Assembly (NCBI RefSeq): GCF_964355755.1
Contig: NC_092678.1
Location: 4,790,422-4,854,421, forward strand
Reading direction: 5' to 3'
DNA: 64,000 nucleotides
Source of the DNA: Antedon mediterranea
Lineage: Eukaryota > Animalia > Echinodermata
A program made the translations under genes and the position numbers. The notes under the pieces are model-generated. The model did no database searches and was not told where the DNA came from. It saw only the letters and a list, made by a program, of their open reading frames with translations. This document shows positions 38,643-50,929 of this stretch, one piece after another (within the stretch, counting starts at the first letter, position 1; each line of letters begins with the position of its first letter).

Positions 38643-40486
38643 ATTTGTTTGTTCACAATTTTGAAGCTATGGTGTTGTACTTTCAGACTATATGTTGTAT
38701 TCAAAAAATAATGTTTAGTGATTGGAACTCATGAATTTACATTCAATATACCCTATTCTGGCAAAAAAACTACAAATTCTTGTGTGAAATTTACGATTTT
38801 CAGATGATTTTGGTTTAAAAAATTAAATCATAACTTTGAACAGCGTCCTCGTACGACTTAGTTCTTGTAGTTAAAATAATATGAAATAATTTTATGTTGC
38901 CAAAACAACAAAATGATATTCCTAAATAGTTGGATTGGTGATTGGTTATTCCATTATTTCATGGGGTTTCTAAAATATTGTTGTACAGTATATCAATACA
39001 GTTTCATTTTCATTGATATTATTTCTGGAAACAATTCTGGTAACCAATAATTGAATTATAAATACTGTTGATTACTTACTGCAAATTTGATCCCACATGA
39101 AGTTTAATGAATTTGTAAAAGCCCAAACAGATTCTGCACTTAATGCAATATAAACAGTTATTAAAGGGGTACAGTGTATTCCACAGTATTTTTGTCACAA
39201 ACATCACACTTTAGAAAGTTTGAATTGCTATATCTAGCAAAGGAATCTATGAAAACATTTCATTTTTTTGGTGAATTATTGCTTATATTACATTTAAATA
39301 GGTATCTATAAGTATAACAAATATTTTAATGTGACTGTGTAAATGCCGAATATGTTCGCGCCACGGATCGCGACTTTTGACAGCATAAATGTAAGTTCTG
39401 TGCTGTTTCTACAATTTATTTAGATAGTATCCTAACAACTAATTTTTTTGTTATTGATATTTTATTGTATAAACGATTATCTGTGTCACAAAGATTAAAT
39501 TTATAAACATCAGGGACATTACAATTGGACCCCAAAAAACAACTATAAAACCGTACATAAAAACCAACAAAAAAGTCCAGCTAACCTCGAATTCATAAGC
39601 CTATGTTTAAAATTAGTTTAGTTGGTAATTAAACAATGGCAAAATCCCTAAAATTAAGATTAACATTTTTGGAATCCAATTTTTGGAATCGTAGGTTCAG
39701 GATTCAAGTTATCACTTTTAATACTTGATTTACAACAGAAAACGCACTATAAGTATAACTATATACCGGTAAGCTGCTTTTGAAAATGTTAATGATGGGT
39801 ACCTGGTATGCCTGTGCATAATGGCTGCCAACGGTCATGACATCGTACAACTTCTTATGTTTACTATGATACCAACATGAATTATTTTTTCTATCAAAAA
39901 CCTTAAAAGCTTCAAAGAACAATTAATATTTTGTTTGAAGGTTTGCATGTCGAAATCAAATGTTGATAAAGTTTGCGGTACACCACGTATTGATTGGTGT
40001 ATATATAAACAAGAACAATTAATATAAAAAAAAACAACAAAAACAGAATGTACTAAAAATGTCATGGACTTGCAATTAAGATTTAAGACAGGATTTATGA
40101 AATTAATAAATTCAGAAAATTTTCTAAAACCCATCAAAAATCATAAAAGTACATCTAATAAACATACCTGTTTATGTTTTCTTTATATTTATTCGTAAAA
40201 TCTGTGACATAATGTAGTGTCAGTGACAACATTTTATTCAGTGAAATTATTTTAAGGTTTTTGATATAAATTAAGAGGATATGCAGTTTGACAATTTTGT
40301 TTCCACTAGAACTACTGTATATAAAAAAACCAAAAAAAACGTACTAAAAATGTCACAGAATTACAATTAGAATAAGACAGGAATTATGAAATTAATATTT
40401 AAAGGAACTTTCCATCACAAATCATAAAAAGTACATAATAAACATATCGAACTAAAATTATTTAGGATTGTTACAGTATCAGTAGA

Positions 40487-40575
40487 TAATATAGGTACTG
40501 TGTAATATAGGTACTGTGTAATATAGGTACTGTGTAATATAGGTACTGTGTAATATAGGTACTGTGTAATATAGG
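40487..40575. repeat. 16-bp minisatellite (TGTAATATAGGTACTG)n; inverted copy at ~51513-51602
   Basis: About 5.5 perfect tandem units in each arm. Confidence 0.95.
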
Positions 40576-40794
40576 TTTTTAATATAGGTATATTCAAATG
40601 TCATATCCATGACATAAAATCTGCATTTTCAGTCTTTGACATAAAATATTTTGAAGTCTCAATTTTCTTTTAATTCATATATAGATATACTCACTGTATA
40701 CTTATTATATAACACATAATAATAGGCAGTAAGCGTATGCATCAGGTTTAATTTGTTTCACTCATTTATTATAATCTGTTTATATTTGTAACAG

Positions 40795-41254
40795 ATTGCA
40801 GACAGAGGCCCTCAATTTTATTGAGGGCGGGGTGTACCGGCCCAACAGTAGAGCTGTACGGATAGATGAGGAAGTAGCAGTCGGACAACGTGGTTGTCGC
40901 CGGTTTCATCCTTATGGCCGAAATGCAAGAGGTCGTTATCGCTCCCCACTACTTGTTCCAATACAACCACTACCACCTCCACCACGAAGACGAAGAGCAC
41001 AGCATCATGCACCACCACAACCACAACATCATTCACCACCCAGACCACAAATACCACCAAACAGACAGTTAAGACGCACGAGACAACAACAACCACGTGA
41101 ACGGCAACAAAGAGTACGCAGACAACAACAATCCCCACCAAGACAACAGCATTCACCGTCACAACATCATACACCGCCTTAGCGACGAAGACGTACACGA
41201 CAATGAAACACTCCACCATCTTCACCTACATCATCAATTTCTTGTTCATCGTCT
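40795..41254 (+). pseudogene. Truncated copy of the Arg/Pro/Gln-rich terminal exon
   Basis: Acceptor tttgtaacag|A precedes it. Nearly identical to 50929-50470 but has CAG>TAG at 41180, a second stop shortly after, and homology ends at ~41254. Confidence 0.8.
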
Positions 41255-43141
41255 GGAAGTGTACAGTATGTGGGCATTATGGTATGCTGGGCAATAATAG
41301 TACAAGATCTGATGCATAGACGATAGGATCCACTTTTTCTTCTTGTTTAAACTCATTTTGAAGATGCCGTCTACTACAAATTTACATTTAAATAACATTA
41401 GATGGTGACAGTACAACAACCTACAGTATTTCATTCATTTATTATAATCGGTTTCTATTTTTAAAAAATTGCAGGCCGAAGCACTGAATTTCATTAAGGG
41501 CGGTGTTTACCATCTTAACTGTAGAGTTGTAATCTGGACAACACTGAAGGTCCCTAACTCTTGGCTGATGAGCAAGATCACTTGTATTTTAAGAAGGGGA
41601 ATGTCAGTGAAGCCAAGAATTACAGAGGGATATCGATAGGATCAAATCTAAGCAGAATTCTATCCAAGATTATCACATGATGATGGAGATTGAAAGGGGC
41701 GTATGAAAGTCATTTAAGTAAGAGTCAGTTTCGATTCCGCAGCAATAGATCAACTGCTAATGCTATTTTTATAACCAAAGCTGTTATCGAGAAACATCTT
41801 TCTTTGAAGTGAGAGTCGGATGCAGACAAGGTGGTCAGGAATCGTATCATCATAAAAGCATTGCCATACAATTTGTTTACTTGGTAGCGTACGTGCCCGT
41901 CCAAAAATAATTAATTTAAATTAAGGTCCAAAATCTCACTGTCTGAAGGACAATTTATTTCACTATTTTTTGGCTAAAATTACATTTTTTCGGGTAAATT
42001 TTGTTTCGATCCAAATTTTGGTCAAACTAATATTCCTAAACTACACCTTACACAGTTACTACGATACTCAAGAAACTTGTTCAACCACGAGGGCACTTTT
42101 GTACATAGAGCGTTACGGACGTCACACATTTTTGTTGTATGCCGCACGTGTTATGTTTACAATCTTTGATGGATATTATTGTGATTCAACGATTAGATCT
42201 TTTTTATTGGATCATCATAACGTGTGCGTTATGGTTCACTAATTTTCGTTGCTATATAAATGAATGTTCAAAACAGCCGCGTCTTCTTCTGATAGTTGAT
42301 TAAAAAAAAGGGTAATCAAATAAATAGGCCTAAATAGAAACTTAAAAAAGAAGAAAAGATGAATCGAAGACTTCGATTGTGAGTAACAGTACGTAACACG
42401 CACCTTCTTTGTTTTTTTTTACATTTTTTAGTTAAAAAGTCAGCCTAGGCTAATTATTCATTAATTGTTTCAATTAAATTGTTTTAACACGTAAAAAACA
42501 ACAGTTTAATTACTAGCTGGCCCTAAAACCGATGGATTGGCCCAAGTCGACCCCGTCGATCGGTTTCTATTAAAAAAAATTGCAGGTCGAAGCACTGAAT
42601 TTCATTAAGGGCGGTGTTTACCATCTTAACTGTAGAGTTGTACGGATAGACAAAGAAGTTGGAGTTTCATACTTCTGGCCCAAGTGTCGTGAGGTTGTTA
42701 ACGCTCCCCACTATGTGTTCCAATACAACCACTATCACCTCTACCACGAAGAAGTATACCACAAAAGTTGAATTGTTTCACTCATTTATAATATTATGTT
42801 TCTATTTTTAACAAATTGCGGGACGAGGCCCTCAATTTTATTCGGGGCGGGACATATCGTCTTAACGGTAGAGTTGCACGGATAGATGAAGAAATAGTAG
42901 TTGCACACTGTGAGTGTCGCCGGTTTTACCATTATGGATGATGTGCTGTATCCACAGCCAATTGCACACAATCATTACATTTTTTTTACCTTTCATGCGT
43001 ACTTTTATTGAAATTTGATAGGAAGGATATATTGACGCACGTTAATAGGATCTGGACCTATTTCATATTTATAATGGGCCATATTGATTAAGGTTTAATT
43101 TGTTTCACTCATTTATTATAATCTGTTTATATTTGTAACAG

Positions 43142-43460
43142 ATTGCAAACAGAGGCCGTCAATTTTATTGAGGGCGGGGTGTACCGGCCCAACAGTAGAG
43201 CTGTACGGATAGATGAGGAAGTAGCAGTCGGACAACGTGGTTGTCGCCGGTTTCATCCTTATAGCCGAAATGCAAGAGGTTGTTATTGCTCCCCGCTACG
43301 TGTTCCAATACAACCATCACCTCCACCACAAAGACGTATACCACATCATTATTCACCACAACCACAACATCATTCACCACCCGGTCTGACAGGCAGACAC
43401 CATCAGACAGACAGTTAAGACACATGAGACAACAGCTACCACATGAACGGCAACAAAGAG
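43142..43460 (+). pseudogene. Partial copy of the Arg/Pro-rich exon
   Basis: tttgtaacag|A acceptor then LQTEAVNFIEGGVYRPNSRAVRIDEEVAVGQRGCRRFHPY. Frameshifted after ~43380. Confidence 0.8.
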
Positions 43461-43798
43461 TAAGCAGCAGCAGCAGGCTAGCTACACACAGACAGCCGGT
43501 TTGGGACGCAAGTGTACCGTCTAGGCCTAGGCCTACTTAAATTAGATAGTATAATCGGTTTATCGGTTGCCTGTCAAGTCAGTCCTAAACCGTCAGATTG
43601 GCTCATGTTAAGTTTACCCCAATCAAGTTGGCTCCTCGTTAACGTGGCCTCAAATCAAACAAAAAAATTATTAGACTTTAAAGTTAGAGGTCAGTTCAAA
43701 AAGAAATTGTGGCCACACATTATTTAAAAATATAGTTTATGGGCAAAAGCTGTAAAAAGTAGTAAAAAGAAGAAATGTAGGAGAAAAGAGGTTGCAAC

Positions 43799-44059
43799 AT
43801 CACTTGTATTTTAAGAAGGGGAATGTCAGTGAAGCCAAGAATTACAGAGGGATATCGATAGGATCAAATCTAAGCAGAATTCTATCCAAGATTATCACAT
43901 GGAGATTGAAAGGGGCGTATGAAAGTCATTTAAGTAAGAGTCAGTTTCGATTCCGCAGCAATAGATCAACTGCTAATGCTATTTTTATAACCAAAGCTGT
44001 TATCGAGAAACATCTTTCTTTGAAGTGAGAGTCGGATGCAGACAAGGTGGTCAGGAATC
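43799..44059 (+). mobile_element. Non-LTR (LINE) RT N-terminal fragment (second copy 41577-41843)
   Basis: KKGNVSEAKNYRGISIGSNLSRILSKII..RLK..YESHLSKSQFRFRSNRSTANAIFI, followed after a deletion by FEVRVGCRQGGQES. Confidence 0.9.
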
Positions 44060-44833
44060 GTATCATCATAAAAGCATTGCCATACAATTTGTTTACTTGG
44101 TAGCGTACGTGCCCGTCCAAAAATAATTAATTTAAATTAAGGTCCAAAATCTCACTGTCTGAAGGACAATTTATTTCACTATTTTTTGGCTAAAATTACA
44201 TTTTTTCGGGTAAATTTTGTTTCGATCCAAATTTTGGTCAAACTAATATTCCTAAACTACACCTTACACAGTTACTACGATACTCAAGAAACTTGTTCAA
44301 CCACGAGGGCACTTTTGTACATAGAGCGTTACGGACGTCACACATTTTTGTTGTATGCCGCACGTGTTATGTTTACAATCTTTGATGGATATTATTGTGA
44401 TTCAACGATTAGATCTTTTTTATTGGATCATCATAACGTGTGCGTTATGGTTCACTAATTTTCGTTGCTATATAAATGAATGTTCAAAACCGCCGCGTCT
44501 TCTTCTGATAGTTGATTCAAAAGGTAATCAAATAAATAAATAGAAACTTAAAAAAGAAGAAAAGATGAATCGAAGACTTCGATTGTGAGTAACAGTACGT
44601 AACACGCACCTTCTTTGTTTTTTTTTACATTTTTTAGTTAAAAAGTCAGCCTAGGCTAATTATTCATTAATTGTTTCAATTAAATTGTTTTAACACGTAA
44701 AAAACAACAGTTTAATTACTAGCTGGCCCTAAAACCGATGGATTGGCCCAAGTCGACCCCGTCGATCGGTTTCTATTTTTTAAAAATTGCAGGTCGAAGC
44801 ACTGAATTTACATTAAGGGCGGTGTTTACCATA

Positions 44834-47800
44834 GGAGTGGAAATAACAAGTGGATCTTATGCAGATGATCTTGTTTTATTCTCAAAAAATGTTAAAGAAT
44901 CACAGCAAATCTTGACCATTATGTGCGATACTTGCAGAAGATACGGGTTGAATGTTTCCCTGAAGAAAACGAAGACTCAGGTGTTTGGTGAACAACATCT
45001 AGCAAAGAAAAGTTCCTTAGTGAACATAAATGGAGTGGATATTGAAAATGTAAGAGACTTTGTTTATTTGGGGCATACAATCACAAATAGAGGATGGCTA
45101 CTTCACTGACCATAGAACATCAAGTGCTGTAGGATAGTTCCATGAATTAAAGTTTTAAAAGATCATGATGTCTATATGAAGACAAGAAAGAAAGTTTTAG
45201 AGGCCTGCGTAAGATCCAGGCTCTTGCAGTATATGGTACACAAGCATGGTTTCCAAATGAGAATGAAATAAAGAAGCCTGAATTGTGTTGGCATAAAATA
45301 TTGAGACAGATGGTCAAGAGAGGGTTTGACAGGTCAAAGAAAGAGGCTGACCAACCAGATGAGGATATCTATCGTGATCCGTGGATAAACATCTCTCGTA
45401 TTTTAAGTATGGAAATTAGGCAAAGCCAAAGCCATTACACAATCGAAGAAAATTCTTAAGGAGCACCTTAGTAGGCTGAATATGTTTTCGACTCCAGTTC
45501 TACGACGTAGAAGAGGAGAATCCCATATGTATGTATGTATGTACCTATTCACAAGACTGCAATTTCTTATTATTGGACAAGACAGCAACTAGCAACTATT
45601 AGTGGTAAAGTTGCGCGGATAAATGAGGAGGTAATAGGATTAAGAATGAGCAGGCTATAGGTAGCAAGCTCAAAGGAAAGGCTTAGAATTCAATAAATGT
45701 TTGAGTTAAAGTTTTGGGATTTATCATACAAGGTAGAAACATCTGTATTTAAACCTACTGTGATTAAATATTATATTATACAGTATATGTATATTTGTGC
45801 TTTATACTGCAGACAGTGAAAATATGACAATAACTTTGCCAGCAAACAAACAAGAAATTAAAGATAATTTTAACAGTAAAACAGACAATAAAACATGTGG
45901 CATTTGGGACAATTTTGGCGTCTTTTGCGCCAGTGCAGTATGGTGAAAATCATCAGGTAGGCCTACTGCTAAATATAGATAAACCAAAGCATATAAAGCT
46001 GAGGGTAGGGATGTACATATTTTCCATGTACACCATCAGCCATTAAAGATAGATGTTGTAACAAGTGCGTCAATGATTCTTTACAATCGATATAATCTAC
46101 TAAAGAATAAAGAAAGTATTACAGTGTGAAGGATATTAACTAAACAAACGGATGGAAGTTTCACATTTTCAATCTTTCCTTTGCCATTCCTCAATTTTAT
46201 TAGAGATACAATGGATTGTGAAAAAAACAAACAAATGAGTCGTAGACTATTACAAGTAGAGGCATTTAATTTTACCATGTTTTACCTTTTTTACGGTAGC
46301 GTTGCCAGGATAGACGTAGAGGGGAGTATCAAACAAGAGTGTCCCCTGTTTACACAACATCCCGATGGATGGGGTATTAGATTTTGTTATAATATTCCAA
46401 ACGAATGTACAAACAGAGAACAGAGAAAAGAAGCTAAGCAGAATGGAGTGGAAATAATCAAGTGGATCTTATATGCAGATGATCTTGTTTTATTCTCAAA
46501 AAATGTTAAAGAATCACAGCAAATCTTGACCATTATTTGTGATACTTGCAGAAGATACTGGTTGAATGTTTCCCTGAAGAAAACGAAGACTCAGGTGTTT
46601 GGTGAACAACATCTAGCAGAGAAAAGTTCCTTAGTGAACATAAATGAAGTGGATATTGAAAATTTAAGAGACTTTGTTTATTTGGGGCATACAATCACAA
46701 ATAGAGGATGGCTACTTCACTGACCATAGAACATCAAGTGCTGTAGGAAAGTTCCAAGAAATAAAAGTTTTAAAAGATCATGTCTATATGAAGACAAGAA
46801 AGAAAGTCTTAGAGGCATGCGTAAGATCCAGGCTCTATGGTACACAAGCATGGTTTCCAAATGAGAATGAAATAAAGAAGCCTGAATCGTGTTGGCATAA
46901 AATATTGAGACAGATGGTCAAGAGAGGGTTTGACAGGTCAAAGAAAGAGGCCGACCAACCAGATGAGGATATCTATCGTGATCCGTGGATAAAAATCTCT
47001 CGTATTTTAAGTATGGAAATTAGACAAAGCCAAAGCCATTACACAATCGAAGAAAATTCTTAAGGAGCACCTTAGTAGGCTGAATATGTTTTCGACTCCA
47101 GTTCTACGACGTAGAAGAGGAGAATCCCATATGTATGTATGTATGTACCTATTCACAAGACTGCAATTTCTTATTATTGGACAAGACAGCAACTAGCAAC
47201 TATTAGTGGTAAAGTTACGCAGATAAATGAGGAGGTAATAGGATTAAGAAGAATGAGCAGGCTATAGGTAGCAAGCTCAAAGGAAAGGCTTAGAATTCAA
47301 TAAATGTTTGAGTTAAAGTTTTGGGATTTATCATACAAGGTAGAAACATCTGTATTTAAACCTACTGTGATTAAATATTATATTATACAGTATATGTATA
47401 TTTGTGGTTTATACTGCAGACAGTGAAAATATGACAATAACTTTGCCAGCAAACAAACAAGAAATTAAAGATAATTTTAACAGTAAAACAAACAATCAAA
47501 CATGTGGCAATTTGAAAAACTTTTGGCGTCTTTTGCGCCAGTGCAGTATGGTGAAAATCATCAGGTAGGCCTACTGCTAAATATAGATAAACCAAAGCAT
47601 ATAAAGCTGAGAGTAGGGATGTACATATTTTCCATGTACACCATCAGCCATTAAGGATAGATGTTGTAACAAGTGCGTCAATGATTCTTTACAATCCATA
47701 TAATCTACTAAAGAATAAAGAAAGTATTACAGTGTGAAGGATATTAACTGAACAAACGGATGGAAGTTTCACATTTTCAATCTTTCCTTTGCCATTCCTC

Positions 47801-47960
47801 GATTTTATTAGAGATACAATGGAAAAAAAAAACAAATGAGTCGTAGACTATTACAAGCAGAGGCATTTAATTTTTCCATGTTTTACCTTTCTTAAGGTAG
47901 AGTTGCCAGGATAGACAAAGAGGAGAGTGTCAAACAAGAGTGTCGCCTTTTTGCACAACA
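44834..47960 (+). repeat. Direct duplication of ~1.5 kb (44834-46359 and 46445-47960) carrying the LINE RT C-terminal half
   Basis: Paired ORFs 45403/47007 and 45802/47383. Both units begin ggagtggaaataa. Confidence 0.93.
46355..47060 (+). mobile_element. Non-LTR retrotransposon RT core and thumb fragment (RTE-group-like), frameshifted; second copy 44834-45460
   Basis: WILYADDLVLF...YGLNVSLKKTKTQV...IENVRDFVYLGHTI, then KTRKKVLEACVRSRLYGTQAW. Confidence 0.9.
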
Positions 47961-48407
47961 AGGGCATACAGAAGGTAAACAAACATATCTATCGCAAACA
48001 ATCTTAAATAAATGTGTACGACAAAGAAGAAGAAAAGAAAAGCCTAAGTACAGTAGTTAAGCCTAAAGTAGTTGCAGCCTTTTTAGTTTGTTTTCTCTTC
48101 CATCACTAATGGTGTGTGGCTGAATATTAATAAAGGCTATCAAGCCCAATGCTAAGCAGATTCTTTAGATTTATGAATTACCGAAAAACAAAATTAATTA
48201 CAAATAATGTGGACGAACAAACTCGACTGCAGACTTTGTGGATGGATTTATTTAATATTTATATAAAGACTAGACAGCTTGTTCATAATAATTCAAAAAA
48301 ATTGGCTACAGTTTACACACCGAGTTTAACTTTAATTTGGCTATAGCTAATCAAACTTAATTATATTATAAAAGATAGAATTAAAATGTAAATAGAAACA
48401 CATTTTA

Positions 48408-49230
48408 GTTACTACAAACAGATGCAAGGTCCAATTTGTGCCAGTGGGATTGAACGGAAGCAGTCAAAAAGAATCTGCCAACTATGGAGAGTATGCAAGA
48501 CTGGCTTTGCCAGCTACCAACACCATCGCAAAATGAAATAGCTCTAAGAAAAGCAAATATTGAAAGTAGTAGTTACTACAATTTACAAACAGATGCAAGG
48601 TCCAATTTGTGCCTGTGGGATTGAACGGAAGCAGTCAAAAAGAATCTGCCAACTATGGAGAGTAATGCAAGACTGGCTTTGCCAGCTGCCAACACCATCG
48701 CAAAATGAAATAGCTCTAAGAAAAGCAAATATTGAAAGTAGTAGTTACTACAATTTACAAACAGATGCAAGGTCCAATTTGTGCCTGTGGGATTGAACGG
48801 AAGCAGTCAAAAAGAATCTGCCAACTATGGAGAGTAATGCAAGACTGGCTTTGCCAGCTGCCAACACCATCGCAAAATGAAATAACCATATTAGAAAAGC
48901 AAATATTGAAAGTAGTAGTTACTACAATTTACAAACAGAGGCAAGGTCCAATTTGTGCCTGTGGGAATAAATTGAAGCAGTCAAAAAGAATCTGCCAACT
49001 ATGGAGAGTATGCAAGACTGGCTTTGCCAGCTGCCAACACCATCGCAAAATGAAATAGCCCTAAGAAAAAGCAAATATTGAAAGTAGTAGTTACTACAAT
49101 TTACAAACAGATGCAAGGTCCAATTTGTGCCTGTGGGATTGAACGGAAGCAGTCAAAAAGAATCTGCCAACTATGGAGAGTATGCAAGACTGGCTTTGCC
49201 ACTGCCAATACAATCGCAAATGACTTGCAG
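48408..49230 (+). repeat. ~172-bp tandem repeat, ~4.7 copies
   Basis: gttactaca(attta)caaacagatgcaaggtccaatttgtgcc at ~48408, 48572, 48744, 48918 and 49090. Confidence 0.95.
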
Positions 49231-50091
49231 GCAAAATGAAATAGCCATAAGAAAATCAAAAGTTGAAAGCAACAGCTATTTTTGCCCCCTTGATGCTTTT
49301 TGGGATCACCGTAAATAGAGTTAGGCAAACGGGAAACACGTATATAACAGAAAGGGAAACAAATATCGAAAGAACCATAAACTATAGTTTGAAATACAGG
49401 CAGAGAAAAATTAATAAAAAATGTAAATAAATACTGTCCAGATGGTTAGGCTCGACTGCACACTGCAATCCGAGGCAAACAATTTAAGAAGGAATTTTGA
49501 ATCCGTGTATTTAAGTCGGAGGTAAAATGGAAGAAAAATAATATTCTTATCAAAAAGTGTGGATAGTCCACCAGCATACAGTTGTGTCATTGAGTCAAAA
49601 GAATCAAAAGAAAAAATGTATAGCCCACTGCTTTTTTTTATAAAAAAAATGACTGTGCCACAACCGTACAACCAAACATTATATACTCTTTGAACATTGT
49701 TAATTACTTCGATAGAAGGATGATCCTTCATAGTACAGTATGGTATATAAAACGTGAACAGTGTTTTCAGAAAATTGTTTTTATGCATTCTCTTCTTTCT
49801 TGATAATTATAATAATTGTTGTAATCTAATTTTATGTTAAACCAACCAAGATTCAACTGGGTTTTTATTATTATTGTCAAGAATCAACTAATGTGGTTGA
49901 GTGTGTTTTCGCAATTTATTCAAAAGAGCTAATTCCATTTATTTATGATAAGAAAAATTTAAAATGTGTGTGTATTTTTTTTCTTTAATAATACTATTAG
50001 CAAATGTACCACAGTTCATAAATTATTAAAAATTGGAGTGTGCATCATAAAAATAAAATAAAAATAATAAAATAAAAAGAAAACAAAAAAA

Positions 50092-50929
50092 CTAACATGG
50101 TGAATATCTTACCGGTGGCCGACTTATTCTTCCCGATCGAGTTCTGTACACGCCAGCTGCCACAGCAGGCACATCCACCACATGCACAGCCGGCGGATCC
50201 GGCACAGCCGGCGGATCCGGCACAGCCTGGACATGCAGTTCCGGCACCAAAACCGGCATATCCAACACCACCACTGGCATATCCAGCACCACCACTGGCA
50301 CAGCCACCGCAGCAACTGCAGGCCCACCATCATCGGATCTTGGACTAGCATTGCCCAGCATATCAAAGTGCCCACCTGCCATGCACATCTGATGCCAATT
50401 CGCTGCTGCCCTTCGTCGTTCCGTCTCTGCATTGTAAGGAGAGCGATCAGGTGTGCGAAACAAACAATCAGGCGATGAACAAGAAATTGATGATGTAGGT
50501 GAAGATGGTGGAGTGGTGCATTGTCGTGTACGTCTTCGTCGCTGAGGCGGTGTATGATGTTGTGGCGGTGAATGCTGTTGTCTTGGTGGGGATTGTTGTT
50601 GTCTGCGTACTCTTTGTTGCCGTTCACGTGCTTGTTGTTGTCTCGTGCGTCTTAACTGTCTGTTTGGTGGTATTTGTGGTCTGGGTGGTGAATGATGTTG
50701 TGGTTGTGGTGGTGCATGATGCTGTACTCTTCGTCTTCGTGGTGGAGGTGGTAGTGGTTGTATTGGAACACGTAGTGGGGAGCGATAACGAACTCTTGCA
50801 TTTCGGCCATAAGGATGAAACCGGCGACAACCACGTTGTCCGACTGCTACTTCCTCATCTATCCGTACAGCTCTACTGTTGGGCCGGTATACCCCGCCCT
50901 CAATGAAATTGAGGGCCTCTGTCTGCAAT
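50092..50929 (-). CDS. Putative intact terminal exon, 278 codons; basic Arg/Pro/Gln-rich then acidic Val/Pro/Ala-rich low-complexity protein of unknown function
   Basis: Longest ORF in the window and a GC-rich island. It starts just after the acceptor tttgtaacag|A, so the listed Met is a TTG. It contains RRFHPY and SPPR repeats and ends YRTRSGRISRPPVRYSPC*. AATAAA lies on the minus strand at ~49938. Upstream exons were not identified. Confidence 0.55.

Larger units (their letters stand above)
35042..41254 (+). repeat. Left arm of a ~6-kb inverted segmental duplication
   Basis: tacaatagtatttggtttaactaaggc at 35042 is the reverse complement of the sequence ending at 56304. Paired ORFs: 35944/55365, 39922/53347, 40796/50928. 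Confidence 0.95.
41577..44832 (+). repeat. Direct duplication of a ~1.04-kb chimeric unit (41577-42624 and 43799-44832)
   Basis: Each unit is a LINE RT piece, a piece homologous to 35420-35965, and an LQxEAL exon head. ORFs at 41970 and 44186 are identical. Confidence 0.93.

Noticed and set aside
46181-46723. 180-aa ORF as a novel RT fusion protein
   Set aside because: Chance in-frame junction of a decayed LQxEA module and a LINE fragment. It has a TTG start, the RT is incomplete and it is frameshifted downstream.
49411-49788. 125-aa minus-strand ORF as a gene
   Set aside because: No recognisable motif or splice support, and the composition fits AT-rich background. Cannot be supported without a search.
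40818-50906. Val-rich, His-rich and Thr-rich ORFs overlapping the Arg/Pro exon copies
   Set aside because: Alternative or antisense frames of CCA/CAA-rich low-complexity sequence. Only the LQTEAL frame follows the acceptor and stays open to the end.
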